Under the pieces are notes generated by a model, which did not search any database, was not told where the DNA came from, and saw only the letters and a list, made by a program, of their open reading frames with translations. This document shows, one piece after another, positions 12,945-25,500 of a stretch of DNA of 64,000 bases. How positions within the stretch are numbered: the first letter of the stretch is position 1; every line of letters begins with the position of its first letter. Origin of the DNA: Cyanophora paradoxa CCMP329 (Eukaryota > Plantae > Glaucophyta); NCBI GenBank assembly GCA_004431415.1, contig QPMI01000103.1, positions 124,001 through 188,000 on the forward strand, written 5' to 3'. The translations under genes and the position numbers were made by a program.

Positions 12945-14182
12945 GATTCGCTCCCCTGCACCCTCACCGTCGCCACCTGCTCAGCGGCTCCGTACTTCCC
13001 TGCCCCCCCCTAGTCCTTCTCTGATACCTTCCGTTTCACGAATCCGCCGCCCCCGGTCTCCGTCGAATTTAACCTTGCCTCCCGATGCCGATCCGTCCCC
13101 TGTCCATGTGTCTCGGCGCCTGCGGCTTTCCTCTCCTGTACCTTCGGCTTCCCCTCTGGCTGTCCCGCCAGATCCACCTCGCCCGCCGGTTCCTGCATGG
13201 CCCCCTTTGATTCATGATAGTCTTGTATCAATCTTCGCTTCACCTCAACTTAGTTTACCCTCAGTTGTTTTGCCGTCACCTCCATCAGATGCTTCATCGA
13301 TGTTAGTTAGGAGCACTGGCCCCCTCCACCTTCCAGTTCCTCGTGTATTCCATGCCTTCCCTGTACCTTTGATTCCGTTCCCTTTGTCGTTAGCTCTGCC
13401 TCTTCCTCCTCCATCTCTCACTGTTAGCCCTCAGGCAGTTCCGCCTCTTTATCTTCAGCGACCGTCAGACCGTATAGTTTTTGGCAGCGAGTATTTTGTG
13501 TATGGTGACGTTCCTCGTGTGTACCCTTCTCTCTCTTCTACTTCGCTATATTTGCCTCTCCCGCCTGGTTCAGCCCCATCGTCTGCCTTCCCTGTCACTA
13601 CTGGCTTGCGTTTCGCCCCTCCTCTTATACTGCCGATTCCGAGTCTGCACCCGAGCTCTGCCCCTTTCCTCGTGTCGTCCCCAGTTCCTCAGATTAGTCT
13701 TCAGCCGTCCATTGTTTTACCAACTCTACAATCTCGATTCCGTTTAGACACTCCGCCAGCTTCGACTTTCCCTCTAGTGGTGTCCTACGTTTCGCCTCTC
13801 CTACTGTTCTACCGCCTTTGCCTCCTGCGACTACGTCTTCTAGTTCTGCTGTTAGCTCTGTCTTGTCGTCTTCGTCTAGATCTTCGTCTTCGACTGTAGT
13901 TCCTCGTGCTCGTTCTCCTTATTTGCTGCGTCCCCGTGCTCCTCGTCGTTCTAGTGTGACTAGTACTTCTGCATCGACGCCCTTGAGCTCTTCTACTCCT
14001 TCTCCTCGTGCTCGTTCTCCTTATCTTTTGCGTTCTTCTGATCGTGTCCCTTCTCGTGATCCCTCTTGATTCTGTATATATTTTGTGCTAGTTTACTGTA
14101 TCTTTGATTTGTGATTGCTTTGTTGTCTTTAATATCACTACCTACGGGGGGTTCGCCCCACCGTAGTCTCTCAAAAAAAAAA
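12945..14182 (+). mobile_element. Non-LTR retroposed insert (5'-truncated LINE 3' region or SINE-like) with polyA tail and 14-bp TSD
   Basis: TSD aacatgagctttgt at 12931-12944 and 14183-14196; A-tract 14173-14184; 3' stem-loop ctacgg-gggg-ttcg-cccc-a-ccgtag; CT-rich composition unlike the flanks. Confidence 0.88.
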
Positions 14183-14320
14183 AACATGAGCTTTGTCGAA
14201 CGTGGTCTTTCCGGATCCAGCATGTTCTCCATCGCATGCACCCATCGGCGCCTTGACTCCTGAGCTTGCGCGCGGGCCTGCAAGCCAACGCCAGATCGAG
14301 GGCTCTACCCACCAGAGGCG

Positions 14321-15805
14321 ATGGAAAGTCGGATGGCGCTCCTGGAGCGCGACAAGCACGTGGATTACATGCTGCGGCTGCTGCAAGACCTGCCGGACCC
14401 CTATGCCGGTGCGCTGGGCGCCACGCGGAGCGCTAGCTAACCCCATCCGACCGCTCGCCGCAGAGCTCGACCACAACCGCCTCTCGCTGTGCTACTTCGC
14501 CGTCTCTGGGCTGGACGTACTTGGCGCGCTGGACCGCGTGGACGGCGCGCGCGTCGTCGAGTGGGTCTACAGCCTGCAGGTCGCGGTGCCGGCAGAGCCC
14601 ATCGACGCCGAAGACATCGAGGGTGTTTGTCCCTTTTGCTCCGTTGTTGCGTTGTAACGTTGCGGTCGCAGGCTTGCGGGCGGGCTTCCGCGGCGGCGCC
14701 TTCGCGACGCCCCCCGCCGGCGCGGGCCCCGCCGTGCGCCTCGCCGCAAAGGAGCCGCGCCGCGCTTTCTGAGCGGGCGGCAGGCGAGAAGACACGACCT
14801 GGGGAACCTGGCGATGACGTACTGCGCGCTGAGCGTGCTGCGGATCCTCGGGGACGACCTCTCCCGCGTGGACCGGCCCCGCACGCTGCGCGCCGCGCGC
14901 GCCCTCCAGGGGCCCGACGGCGGCTTCTCGCCCCACACTGGCGGCTCCGAGCGCGACATGCGGTGCGGCCCGGCGCGCGGCGGCCGCGGCGCGCCCCGCG
15001 GAGGCCGAGGGCGCCGGCAGGTACCTCTACTGCGCGGCGGCGGTGTGCCACCACCTGGGCGACTGGGGCGGCATGGACGTCGACGCAGCCGCCGCCTACG
15101 TCGCCGCCTCGCAGGCGCGCCCGCGCTCCCCGCGCTGCCCGCCCCGCCCCGCCGCGGCGCCGAGGCCCGCAGCAGACGTACGAGGGCGGGCTGGGGATGG
15201 GCCCCGGGCAGGAGGCGCACGGTGCGAGCCCTTCTCTACGAGCCGCGCCGCGAGCCGCGCCGCGCCGGCCGCGCCAGAGGCGCTGGGGCAGCGGGGTCGA
15301 CGTACTGCGGGCTGGCGGCGCTGCGGCTGATGGGGCGCCTTGGGGCGCTGCGGGACGCGCCCGGCCTCCTCCGCTGGCTCGCCTTCCGCCAGGTCTTTGG
15401 CGCCGGCTTCGCCGGCCGCGCCAACAAGGTGCCCGCCTGCACCCTGCCCCGGCCCCCGCGCGCCTCTCCGCCCCCGCCGAGGCGGGCCGGCGGCGGCGGG
15501 TGCGGCGGCAGGCGGTGGACACGTGCTACTCCTTCTGGGCGGGGGCCTCGCTCGCCCTGCTGCGCCCGGAGCTCGAGGCGCCCCTCTCCAACGGCGAGCA
15601 CCTGCGGGGCCACACGCTCGCCTGCCAGCACGCCGCCGGCGGCTTCAGCAAGTGGCCCCGCACGCGCCCCGACCCCCTCCACACCTACTACGCGCTCTGC
15701 GGGCTCGCCCTGGCCGGGCAGCCCGGGCTGGCGCCTCTCGAGCCCGCCCTCGCCATCACGTGCCGCGCGGCGGGGGACCTCGCCCCCCCGGCCCCTCCCC
15801 CGTAG
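14321..15805 (+). CDS. PGGT1B: Geranylgeranyl transferase type I beta subunit (multi-exon)
   Basis: HVDYMLRLLQDLPDPY...RLSLCYFAVSGLDVL; NLAMTYCALSVLRILGDDLSRV; ERDMRYLYCA; GSTYCGLAAL; GRANK.VDTCYSFWAGASL; GGFSKWP...DPLHTYYALCGLAL. Confidence 0.93.
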
Positions 15806-15993
15806 CCCTACCCGCGCGACCGCTCTGGAAAGAGGCGCGCGGCGCCTGCTTCGCTTACGCCGGCGCGCGTGCGGAAAAAAAGTTGATTGGAAGGGGATGC
15901 AGAGCTGCAGCTGGGGGTCAGATCTAGAACGGGGAGACGGGTACGAGAGCGGGGGAGGGGAAAGGGGAGGGGACTTCGAAGCATCCAAGGGGG

Positions 15994-17775
15994 CTACAGG
16001 AAGAATCTCCGCCGGCTGGTGTCCATCTCCGTCTGCAGGGCGCGCCTCAGAGCGGGCGGGGGGGCGGGAAGGGTGCAGGTTCGAGTCCGAGGCGGGGAGG
16101 GGGCGGGCTGACCTTGTGGACCCACTCGTACTCGCCGTACTTCGTGTCGAAGGTGCCGGCCTGCCCGCCGGCTCAGTTCCCGTGAAAGAGGGGGAGGGGG
16201 AGGGGGCGAGGGGGTGATGGGCGCCTGGAGGGAGCGGAGCTTGAGGGTGAAGCGGGGCCCGAGCTCCTGCAGCCGCGCCTTCTTCTCGCTGTCGAAGATG
16301 TACCTGCCGCCCGCCCGCCCGCCCGCCCGCGTCGGGGCCCGCGGGGCGGGGCGCGGGGAAGCGGCGCCGGCGGGGGCGCGCGCACCGGTGGTGCCGGAAG
16401 AAGATGAAGTCGCGCTGGTTGTGGTACGTCACCACGCGCCTGCCCCGCCCGCCCCGCTCGCCCCGCGCGCGCGCCGGGGGCGGGCGGGGCGGGGCGGGGG
16501 CGGCACCGGCCGCGGAAGTTGGGGTCGTGGGGGAAGAGGGCGGCGAACATGCGGCCGACGCGGCGGCCGAGGCGCGTGGTGAAGTTGTTGAGGATCAGCT
16601 CCGGCCGGTGCGACGTCGTCCGCCCGTGGCCCTGCCCCCGCCCCCCGCCCGCTCGCACGCTGCCGGGCGGGGCGGGGCGGGGCGGCGGCGCCGGGGCCGG
16701 CGCACCTTGATCTCCTCGGGGAGGCGCACGTTGGAGAGCTTGAAGTGCGCGGTCGGGCCCCCGGGCAGGTGGATCAGCCAGAGCCCGTCTGCGCGCCGCA
16801 CGGGCCGTCGGCCCGGAGGGGCGCGCGTGGACGCGGGCGGCGGGCGGCGCGGGCGGGCGCGCGCACTGAAGTTCTTGCGGTCCTCGTTGATGATTACGAG
16901 GTCGGTGAACTCCTTGTTCGTCGCGTACTTGACGATCTCCTTCACCTGCGCGCCCCCGCCCCGGCCGTCGGCCCCCGCCCGCGGCCGCTGGCGGAGGGGC
17001 GCGGCGGCGGCGGGAGGCGCGCCTCGTAGTCCTTCCTGTTGTAGAAGAACGAGTTCGGGAAGATCTTGAGCAGCTCGGCGATCAGCGTGTACATCCGCTG
17101 CGCGCGGGGCGGCCGCGTCGGCACCGGGGCGGCGCGGGGCAGGGCAGGGCGCGCACCGCGGAGGGCTTCTTGCTGCTCGTGATAAGCGTCTTCGGCACCT
17201 TCCCCGCGAAGTAGTCCGCGTACTCGTCCGTCTTCTCGTCCTCGAGGACCTGCGCCGGCCACGCCCCGTCAGCGAGGCGCGTGCTCCGCCGGGCCGCGCC
17301 GGGCGCGCCTCCTCGTCCTCTGCGGTCACTACGGTCTCCTCAGCCTCGCGCGTGTTGTCCAGCGTCCGCGGCTTCTGCTTGGGCGGCGCCTGCGGGCGAC
17401 GTCGGCTAAGCAGTCGCGAAGATCTTGCAAGCGGGTAACGCAGCCAGCTGCAAGTGTGCGATACACGTTCCAGGAGTGCAAGGCGGCCACATAGCTAACG
17501 CTGCGGTGCGGCGGCGCGCTGGGGCACGGGCACCGCACCGCCTCTCCGAGCGCTTCGGCCTCCCGCTTCCGCTTCTTGCGCTCCTTGCTCTTCTCGTGCT
17601 TCTTGTCTCTCTTGAGCTTCTCGTACATCTCTTGGCCTGCGTGGCGCTCGCAAGCCGCTACAGCGCGTCGCGACTAAGCAGGCGCACGTTTCATCTTGTT
17701 CTTGATCTGCGTCGGGTCCTTGCGCGCCGGTAGCTCATCCGGCTGCGCGTCTGCATTGCTCGGCCGGCCCTTCAT
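15994..17775 (-). CDS. RPF1: Ribosome production factor 1 (Brix domain), 12 exons
   Basis: Manual splicing gives IKNKMKRQEMY...[13 protein letters not shown]...[12 protein letters not shown]...[13 protein letters not shown]...[13 protein letters not shown]...[16 protein letters not shown]...[44 protein letters not shown]. Confidence 0.96.
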
Positions 17776-18053
17776 CTTTTTGCTCCTGGGTACGCAGGCG
17801 TGGGCCTTGGGGTACGCGTTCGGCCCAAGCGCGCCTCGTCTTCGCACGGGACCCCGAGCGGTGCAGCCGGCCGAATCAGCCAGCACAGCAGGTGCGCGCT
17901 GTTTGGCGCGTGAGCCCTCATGGAGCGAGCAACCTCCGCCTTCCGCACTGCCCGCCGCCACTCTGCCTGAACGCCGCAGCGGATCCTGATTCTCCTCAAC
18001 CGTCAGGTCTCCTTTACCTCGCCTGTACCAGGCCTCGACCGGCGTTGAACAAG

Positions 18054-21000
18054 ATGGTTGCCTTCGCTGAAGGTACGCACATACGCGGGACGAGGTTCGG
18101 TAGCGCGGCATAGCTCAGCCGTTAGCCTCGCGTAGCAAGCGCGCGCGGGCTGGCGGGCTCCGGTGGCATCCAGTTTCAAACCTGCGTCGCGTCGGTTAGG
18201 AGGGCGTCCCGCCCTGCGGCCCCTCTAGGCGATCGCACTGCACTTCGATGGCGTGTACGTCGGGCTTACTGCGCGCTGCAGGCGAGCCGGCGGTTCCCGG
18301 GTGGGAGGAGAAGCTCACGGAGGCGCTGAAGGACGTCCAGGAGGGGAGCGCAGAGCAGCTCAAGGGCTTCCTCGCGAGCCTCACCTCCGGTCCGCCCTTC
18401 CGCCCCCGGCCGCTCGTTTGGCGCCGACTCGCGCGCGCAGGCGAGGTCCCGGAGGCGGGCGACGCGACGACCGTCGAGCCCGCGCCCGCCGCCCCCGCCC
18501 CCGCCGACGCCGCGCCGGCGGACGAGGCCGCGGCGCAGCCGTCGCCGTCGGATGCTTCGACGGCTGAAACCGGCGCCTCCGCGGAGGCGGCGGCGAAGCC
18601 GGCGGCGGCGGAGGCCGAGCCGGCGGCGCCCTGGCTCGACCTGCTCTCGGCCCTGACGGAGACCGAGGAGCCGCCCAAGGCAGACGAGGCGCCCAAGGCG
18701 GAGGATGTGGCCGCGCCGGCGCAGGAGGCCGCCCCCGCCCCGGAGGCCGTGCCGGCCGCCCCCGTGGAGGGACAGGGCTCTGCGCAAACGTTCGTCGAGG
18801 CGGAGGCGGCGGCCGGGGCGCCGGCGCCTGCGGAGGCGGAGGCGGTGGTTGTCTCGAAGGCGGGCGGCGGTTTCGAGGAGATCGCCCCGGCGGCGGAGGC
18901 GGCGCCTGCGGCGCAGCAGGCGGCGCCCGTCGTCGTCATCGCGAACTCGGTCTCGACCTTCACGCCGTCGCCGGCGGCCGCGCCCGAGGCCGCCGCCGCG
19001 CCGGAGGTGGAGCCGGAGCTCGCCGAGCCCGCACTCACGGTCCTGGTTCCGCAGCAGCAGCAGCAGCCGCCGCCGCAGCCGGCGGCAGTGGCGCCGGAGC
19101 AGGCGGCGGCGTTCTGGGCGACGGCGTGGAGGCGCCGCACGGCGTGGGCCACGACGGGCGGCCGGCGGCCGGGGCGGTCGTGATGCACCCGATCGGGACC
19201 GGCGAGGCGAGCGACGTGCACTGGCGGGACGCGGCGGCGCCCCCGCGCCCCTCGAGTTCGTCGACGAGCCCGCCCGCGCCCCCGCGCCCGCACCCGCCGA
19301 GCCGGCCCCGGAGGCCGCCGAGCCGGCTGCCCCGGCCCCGCTGCGGTCCCCGCGGCGGCGCCGGCGGAGTTCGTGGAAGAGGCCCCGCGGGGCGACCTGC
19401 AGGGGCCTCCGCCCGCGCCGGCCGCCGCGCCGCCGGGGCGCACCTCACGACGGCGCTGAACTGGGATGCGGCGCACGCGGCGGCGGAGGCGGCGGCGGCG
19501 CAGCGCGTGGAGGAGTTCCAGGCGCAGCTCGCGCGGGACGCGGCGGCGGCGCAGGCCGAGCGGCGCGCGGACGAGGCGCGGGAGGCGGTGCAGCGGGCCG
19601 GGGAGGCGGCGGCGGGGGCGGCGGAGCTGGGCGAGCGGCTGCAGGCGGCGGCGATGGCCGAGTACCGCGAGGTCGCCCGCGTCCCCGACTACGAGGAGGC
19701 CGCCCGCAAGCCCGTGCGCCCCCCTCCGAGACGCTTCCGGTCGCGCCGGCGCCTGAGGCTGCGCAGGAGGCGGTGCGGGCGGCGGAGGCGGCGGAGCAGG
19801 CGCACGCCGCGTCGGCCGTCGCCGTCGACCGCGCCGCCGACGCCGTCGCAGCCTTCGCAGGCGCCGCCGCCGGCGAGGGCGCCGAGGAGGGCGAGGAAGG
19901 CGAGGAGGAGGGGTCGCGGGCGAGCGCGAGGTGCAGCGGCCGCTGTACGCCGGCCACGCCGCCGCCGCCTCGACGCAGGCGGCCGTGGAGGGCATCCGGT
20001 CCGCCGGCGCCGGCGGCGCGCCCTCCGTCCAGGAGCTCCTGCTCGCCGCCCGCGGGGGCAGCAGCCGCAGCAGCCGGCGGCGGCGGCCGCGCAGCAGCAG
20101 CAGCCGGCCGCCGCGTCGGCGGAGGAGCTGGCGCACGCCGCCATGGCCGAGGCCGTCGCCGCCCAGGCCAAGCCCGTGCGCCCGCCCGCCCGCCCGCGCC
20201 GCCCTCCCGGCCCCGCCTGAGGGGGGCGCAGGGGGCGTTCCAGTGGGACAAGTCGGCGCACGCCTTCTCGGCGCGGGCGGCGGCGGTGGCGGCGGCGGCG
20301 CCGGCGGCGGGGGCGAGCGGGGCGGCCGAGGTGGTGGACGCCGTCCTGGGCCAGATCGTCCTCGCCGGCGGCCTCGCCCCCGCAGGCGCCCCCGCCCCAA
20401 GCCCCAGCAGGCCGCCCCCGCCGCCCCGCCGCCAGCGGCGGCCCCGGCGGCCCCGGCGACGGCCCCGGCGGCGGCCCGGCAGCGGCCCCGGCCGCGGCGC
20501 CCGAGGCGGCGGCGGACTGGCTGGAGGCACTGCACGCGAAGGAGTCCGGCGAGGAGGAGGAGGGGAGGGGGAGGAGGTGCCGGCGGCGGCCGCCGCGAGC
20601 GTGGCCCCGGCGGGCGCCCCCGCCGCCGCCCCGGGCGACGGCGCCGCCGTCTGCGAGCCGCCCCTCGAGGAGGAGAAGGCCCGTCGGCGCCCCTGCCGCC
20701 CCCGCCCCCGCCCCCCACCCCGGCCCCGGCTGACGGTTGCGGGCTGGGCGGCAGGTGTGCGAGAGCCGGGAGACGCTGGCGGCGGAGGCGGCGAGCGTCG
20801 CCGGCGACGAGTTCGAGGAGGTCGAGCCGACCGGCGGCCACCAGGCCCAGGCTGCCCAGGCCCAGGCTGCCCAGGCGCAGGCCCAGCAGGCCGCCGTCGT
20901 CCGCGGCGGCTTCGTCGCCGCAGCCGCCGCGCCCGCCGCCGTGGCAGCCGCGCCCGTCGCCTTCTCGACGGGCCCCTTCGGCACGGTGCGGGGCCCGGCC

Positions 21001-22385
21001 AGCTAAAGCATCTGGCGCGCCCCTGACCCGCGGCAGATCCAGTACGTGGCGACGCCGCAGGGGACGGTGGCCTACGTCCCCGTGGGGGCCACCGCCCAGG
21101 CGGGAGCCCCCACCGGCGTCCAGGCGTACGCGCAGGCGCCGGCGCCGGCCGCGCCCCTCGCCACCCCGCCGGCCTCGCGTACGTCAGCGCCCCCGGCGTC
21201 GTCAGCTACGGGCAGGCGGCCCCGCCCACGAGGTCGCCCCGGCCCGCCCGGCGGCCGCCCCGCAGCAGCAGCAGCAGCAGCAGAAGCCGCAGGCGCCGGC
21301 GCAGCAGAGCTACGCGGCGGCGGTGCAGCAGTACGAGCAGGCGCAGGCGGCGGCGGTGCAGCAGGCGCAGGCCCAGCACGAGGCGCGCCTCCACGCCCAG
21401 CAGGCCCAGCAGGCCCCGCAGCAGCAGCAGGCCGCCCCCGCGGTCAAGCCCGTCCCATGGGCCGCCCCCGCCGCCCCCGCCCCGCCCCTGCCGCCGCGCC
21501 GGCCGAGGTGGAGGTGGAGGACGGCCCGGCGATTCCGACGATCCCCTCGGCCCGCGGCGTGGCCCCCGCGACGCCGCGGCGCGGCCGGCCGCCAGCGAGG
21601 CGCCCAGCCGCACCGCCAATATCCACAAGGCCTCCGTGCGCCCGCCGCCCCCGCCTTCCCGCTCGCGCGCGTCGCGACGGGGCGGGGCCGGCTGGGCGGG
21701 CGCAGGGGACGCTGGTGAAGCGCCCCGGCGAGGCGGCGGCCGCGAGCGACGACGACGACGACTATGGCGCGGCGGCGGAGGGCGCCGGCGCCTTCGAGCA
21801 CGACCCCGTGCGCCCCGCGAGCCCGAGCTGCCCCGCCCCCCTCCGCGCCGACGCGCGTCCAGATCGCGGCCCGCGCGAGCGCCGAGGCGGGCCTGGCGCG
21901 CCCGACCTTCCCCCACCCCGGCTCCACCCTCATCCAGTCCAGGCGGGCCCCAGACCCGGCCCTCCCCCGGCCCGCCCCGCCGCGCCCCTGACTCTCCCGC
22001 AGCGTCGTCCACACGCCGAGCGCGGGGCCGGCGCCGCCAGCGGGGCGTCGCGTACCACACCTACTCCGTCGGCTCCGGCGGCTCGTCCCACGCGATCCCC
22101 GCCCCTCTGGCGGCGGCGGCGGCGCCCCCGCCGGCGCCGCTGCCCGCGGCGCTGGCGCTGCCAGCGTCGGCCTCGTGGGTGCCCCCCGGCATGCGCCTGG
22201 ACGAGGCGGCCCAGGAGGCGGCGGCGGAGGAGGAGGAGGCGGGCGAGGGGGAGGGTGCGCTGGCGGGGGCGCGCGAGCCGATGGCGTGCCTCGCGGGGGC
22301 GGCCCTTGGCCTCGGGGAGGGCCTCCCGGGGGCGGAGGCGGAGCTGGAGGAGGCCGACGCGGAGCCCGAGCTCGCCCTCCTCTAG
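18054..22385 (+). CDS. Large Ala/Glu/Pro-rich low-complexity hypothetical protein (multi-exon)
   Basis: Candidate ATG at 18054 followed by a GT donor. Long codon-biased exons (WEEKLTEALKDV...; AAAQRVEEFQAQLARD...; polyQ tracts), ending EPELALL*. No family recognised; exact structure uncertain. Confidence 0.55.
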
Positions 22386-22539
22386 CCCCGCTCTGCGTGG
22401 CGCCCTGCCCCATCCAGCCGATCTCGAATTCGAATTCAGATGTAGAGTCAAATCAGAGACGCCTCTGGGGGAGGGGAGGGGAGGGGTGCCGGGACTAGCG
22501 TGCGGCTGCGGCTGGGACGCGAGCGCCCGCTCCCGGGCC

Positions 22540-25500
22540 TCAGAGCAGGTGGAGGGCGTGGCCGTGGGTCTCGGCGGCGAGAGCGAGGGCCCCGGCGACG
22601 TCGACGTCGACGTCCGAGTCTGCCCCGTCGGCGACGGCCGCCGCGTCCGCCGCAAGCTCGCCGGCCTGCGCCCCTCTCTCAGGCGTAGCCTGCGCCTCTG
22701 GCGAGCTCAGAGCGGGCGGGCGCACCTCTGCGGCAGCTTCTCCGTCGGCGGCGTCCGCCGCGCCGGCGCCATCCGCCGTGTACACAACGTAGGCGCCCCC
22801 CACGGCCGCGCCCGAGGCGCCGGCGTCCTCCGCCTGCGCATGCCGCGCGGAGTTGGCGAGAGGCCGGGCGTGGCCCGCCTGGGGCTGGGGCCAGTCGCGC
22901 GATCGGAGGCCGCGGCGCGCGCGCCTCGGCGACGTGCGGGGCCTCGTCGAGCTGGCCCCGCATCTGGAGCAGCTGGGCTGTCAACCTCGCCTCCTCAGAC
23001 TGCGGGGGTAAGGGGCGAGGGGGAAGGGGGGAAGGAGCTTCAGAGGTTGCAATTGAGGCGCGGCTTGGGCTCGCTCTTATATATTAGCTATATTGGCTTT
23101 AAAAAAGGCCGAGGCTCAGGCTATGATCGGCCGTTGCCGAGGGAGTTTCGGGGCCGGAGCGGAGAGGGAGGGGCCGCGGGCGGGGGTTGCAAAATTGCGG
23201 GGCGGGGCGGGCCCCGCGCACCGCGTCGGAGTGCCTGTAGGAGAGGAGCTGGACGCTCTGGCACCTGGAGAGGTCGCCGCCGGGCGCGAACGAGGTCCCG
23301 GTCAACGTTCTCCCACGCATGCTCAGCACAGACCGCGGTGCCGTCTGCTCCAAAGTCCTCGTGTCGGAGCACCTGCCCCGCCCCGCGCGCGTCCCCGCCC
23401 CCGGGTGAGAATTCGAATATTCAAGGGCGAAATTAATTCAAAGGGATCGAATTATATTTAAAAGAGCGGCACTCTTTGGCGGTCATCGCCTCGCCGAGGC
23501 GGCTCTTGCAGGCGTCGTCGGCGAAGCAGAGCCCAGTCGTGTTGAAGAAGAGCGCTTTGGCTGCGTCCAGCTTCGCCTGAGCCTGCTGCACCAGCTGCTG
23601 CGCCTCTTCGGCCTTCTGCGGCAGTCGCTCCGGGTCTGCGCGCGTTACGGCGTTTTATGCTTGGCCTCACGTGCTTTTTCTTCGCCGAAAAGCTCGCATG
23701 AATTATATATAGATCACGAGAGTATTGTTTCTCTACCTACTTCTATGACGTGATCTATTCTGCCACGCGTACGACGGCTACTGCCACTCGGCGGGCTAGT
23801 TTCTATTCTATTATTAATTCGCGACTATATTGCTGCGTGCATATATCGTGTTCGGCAGTCGCGGGGAGCACGGTTTTGCGGCGCAGAACCGGAGAGAACC
23901 TTCCACCGTGTTGGGATCACGGTTTATCAGTTCTCTCAAGCCGAGGATACCGGCGGATGCTTCCCCAGGGGTCCACATCAAGTGCTTTTTTCTGACGAGC
24001 TACTGCGAGTCTACAATTGCTGTACCCCTCTGGGTTAGTGCCCGATTTGAGGGGCAATCTGGCCCAGGCCTCTCACGTGGTCGGCCGCAGCCTTCACGTG
24101 ATTCGGAGGCGGGGTACAGCGACCGCTGGTAAGTACAGCGGTTTGAGACGGAGGCAGGAAATAGTTGGTGGGCCGGCGGGCTTCGCCCGCCGTGCACAAA
24201 CCACACCACTCACGGACTGTCCTCGCCTCTTCAATGGAGTACAGCACAGGAAAGCAGTGCGGATCGAGCTTTGTCGGTCATTCGACGAGCTTAACGCTTT
24301 CGAATTCTCGATCTCTTAATTACGTAAGAGCCTGCTATTCTCCATGTGCAATATTAATTACAAGGCCTGAGGTCGGCGTTATATGAAATTCGGATCTGGG
24401 CGTCTCCGCCGCCAGCTGCAGGCTTCTAGCCGCAGATCTAGATCCGGTAATTGCCACTATTCCTTATTATCCCTCTCGGGCTTGCGGTGCGATCGCTTTG
24501 GGCATCAATCGATGCCATACTAGCGATTTCAATCGCGTCGATCGCAATCGCGGGGTTGATGCCCGCGGCCCGCAAGCCATGTCGAATGTATCAGCCCGAT
24601 TTCGATTTTTGTCTCGAGCTCTTCTCCGGTCGCGAGTCGTCCGTGGCCATATATATGCATTCTGCAGCCTGTGGCTTGCTTCGAATTCGCAGCTCACGGC
24701 TTACAATTGCGAAGGACTCGTGCGATTAATCCACCCGATCCAGCTCATGAATTATATGAGCTTATAATTAAAGATCCGGATCCGGATGCAGAGAATTACT
24801 CCGACGGCCATGTTCAATGGCGGGGAGCTCAATCGCGAGGGCTGGACGTCGACATCGCGTGTGCGTGTATCCGGTTTGCGCCCTAGGCCTAGAGCTAGTC
24901 GGTGGCCATGGCACTACAGATTGGAGACTCCGGGTTCCGGTCTCCATGCCGATTTTTAATTATAGGCCCGTATATATACGTAGGCGTTCTGCGCATGCAG
25001 CGAAAGGCTGCAGGCTCCAGCTCGACTGCGAACCTCTTATGGCCCGGCTTAGGCCCCTGGGGGCTCCGAGCTCGACTGGGCATATGCATGAGCCTGGTTA
25101 TATATATAGCCATGAATGGGCCCCGGTTCTCGAAACGTTAACTATTGCAAGTTAATTGCAATTGCAAGTCCAGCGCCGACAGCGCGCGCGACTTGTAATT
25201 TGACCCTGACATGGCAGATCTGTCTCACGATCAGCTGCAGAGCTCGAGTCTGCCAGCTGCAGTACACGTGAACGTATACTTCACTGTATACGACGAGGTG
25301 TGGGAGGGTGGGTGCGCGAGGCGATTCCTCGCACAGATCGTAGTAAAAGATTGAAGAACAAGGCGCGCCGCCCGCGAGCGGGGCGGGCGGCGCGCCTCAG
25401 ACGGACTGGCGCTCTCAGAAGCGCCTTGCGTCAGTGATGCAATCAATGGCAGGCGGTACCCGTGGCGGCGTGTCGGACGGGTACGTCTCGCGTTCATAAT

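Noticed and set aside
12646-13899. 417-aa Pro/Ser/Leu-rich ORF
   Set aside because: Runs across the TSD into a CT-rich insert; no RT or endonuclease motifs.
18196-23436. Very long Arg/Pro/Gly-rich ORFs on both strands (e.g. 881, 773, 796 aa)
   Set aside because: Stop-poor by-product of extreme GC content and read-through of GC-rich introns; not real proteins.
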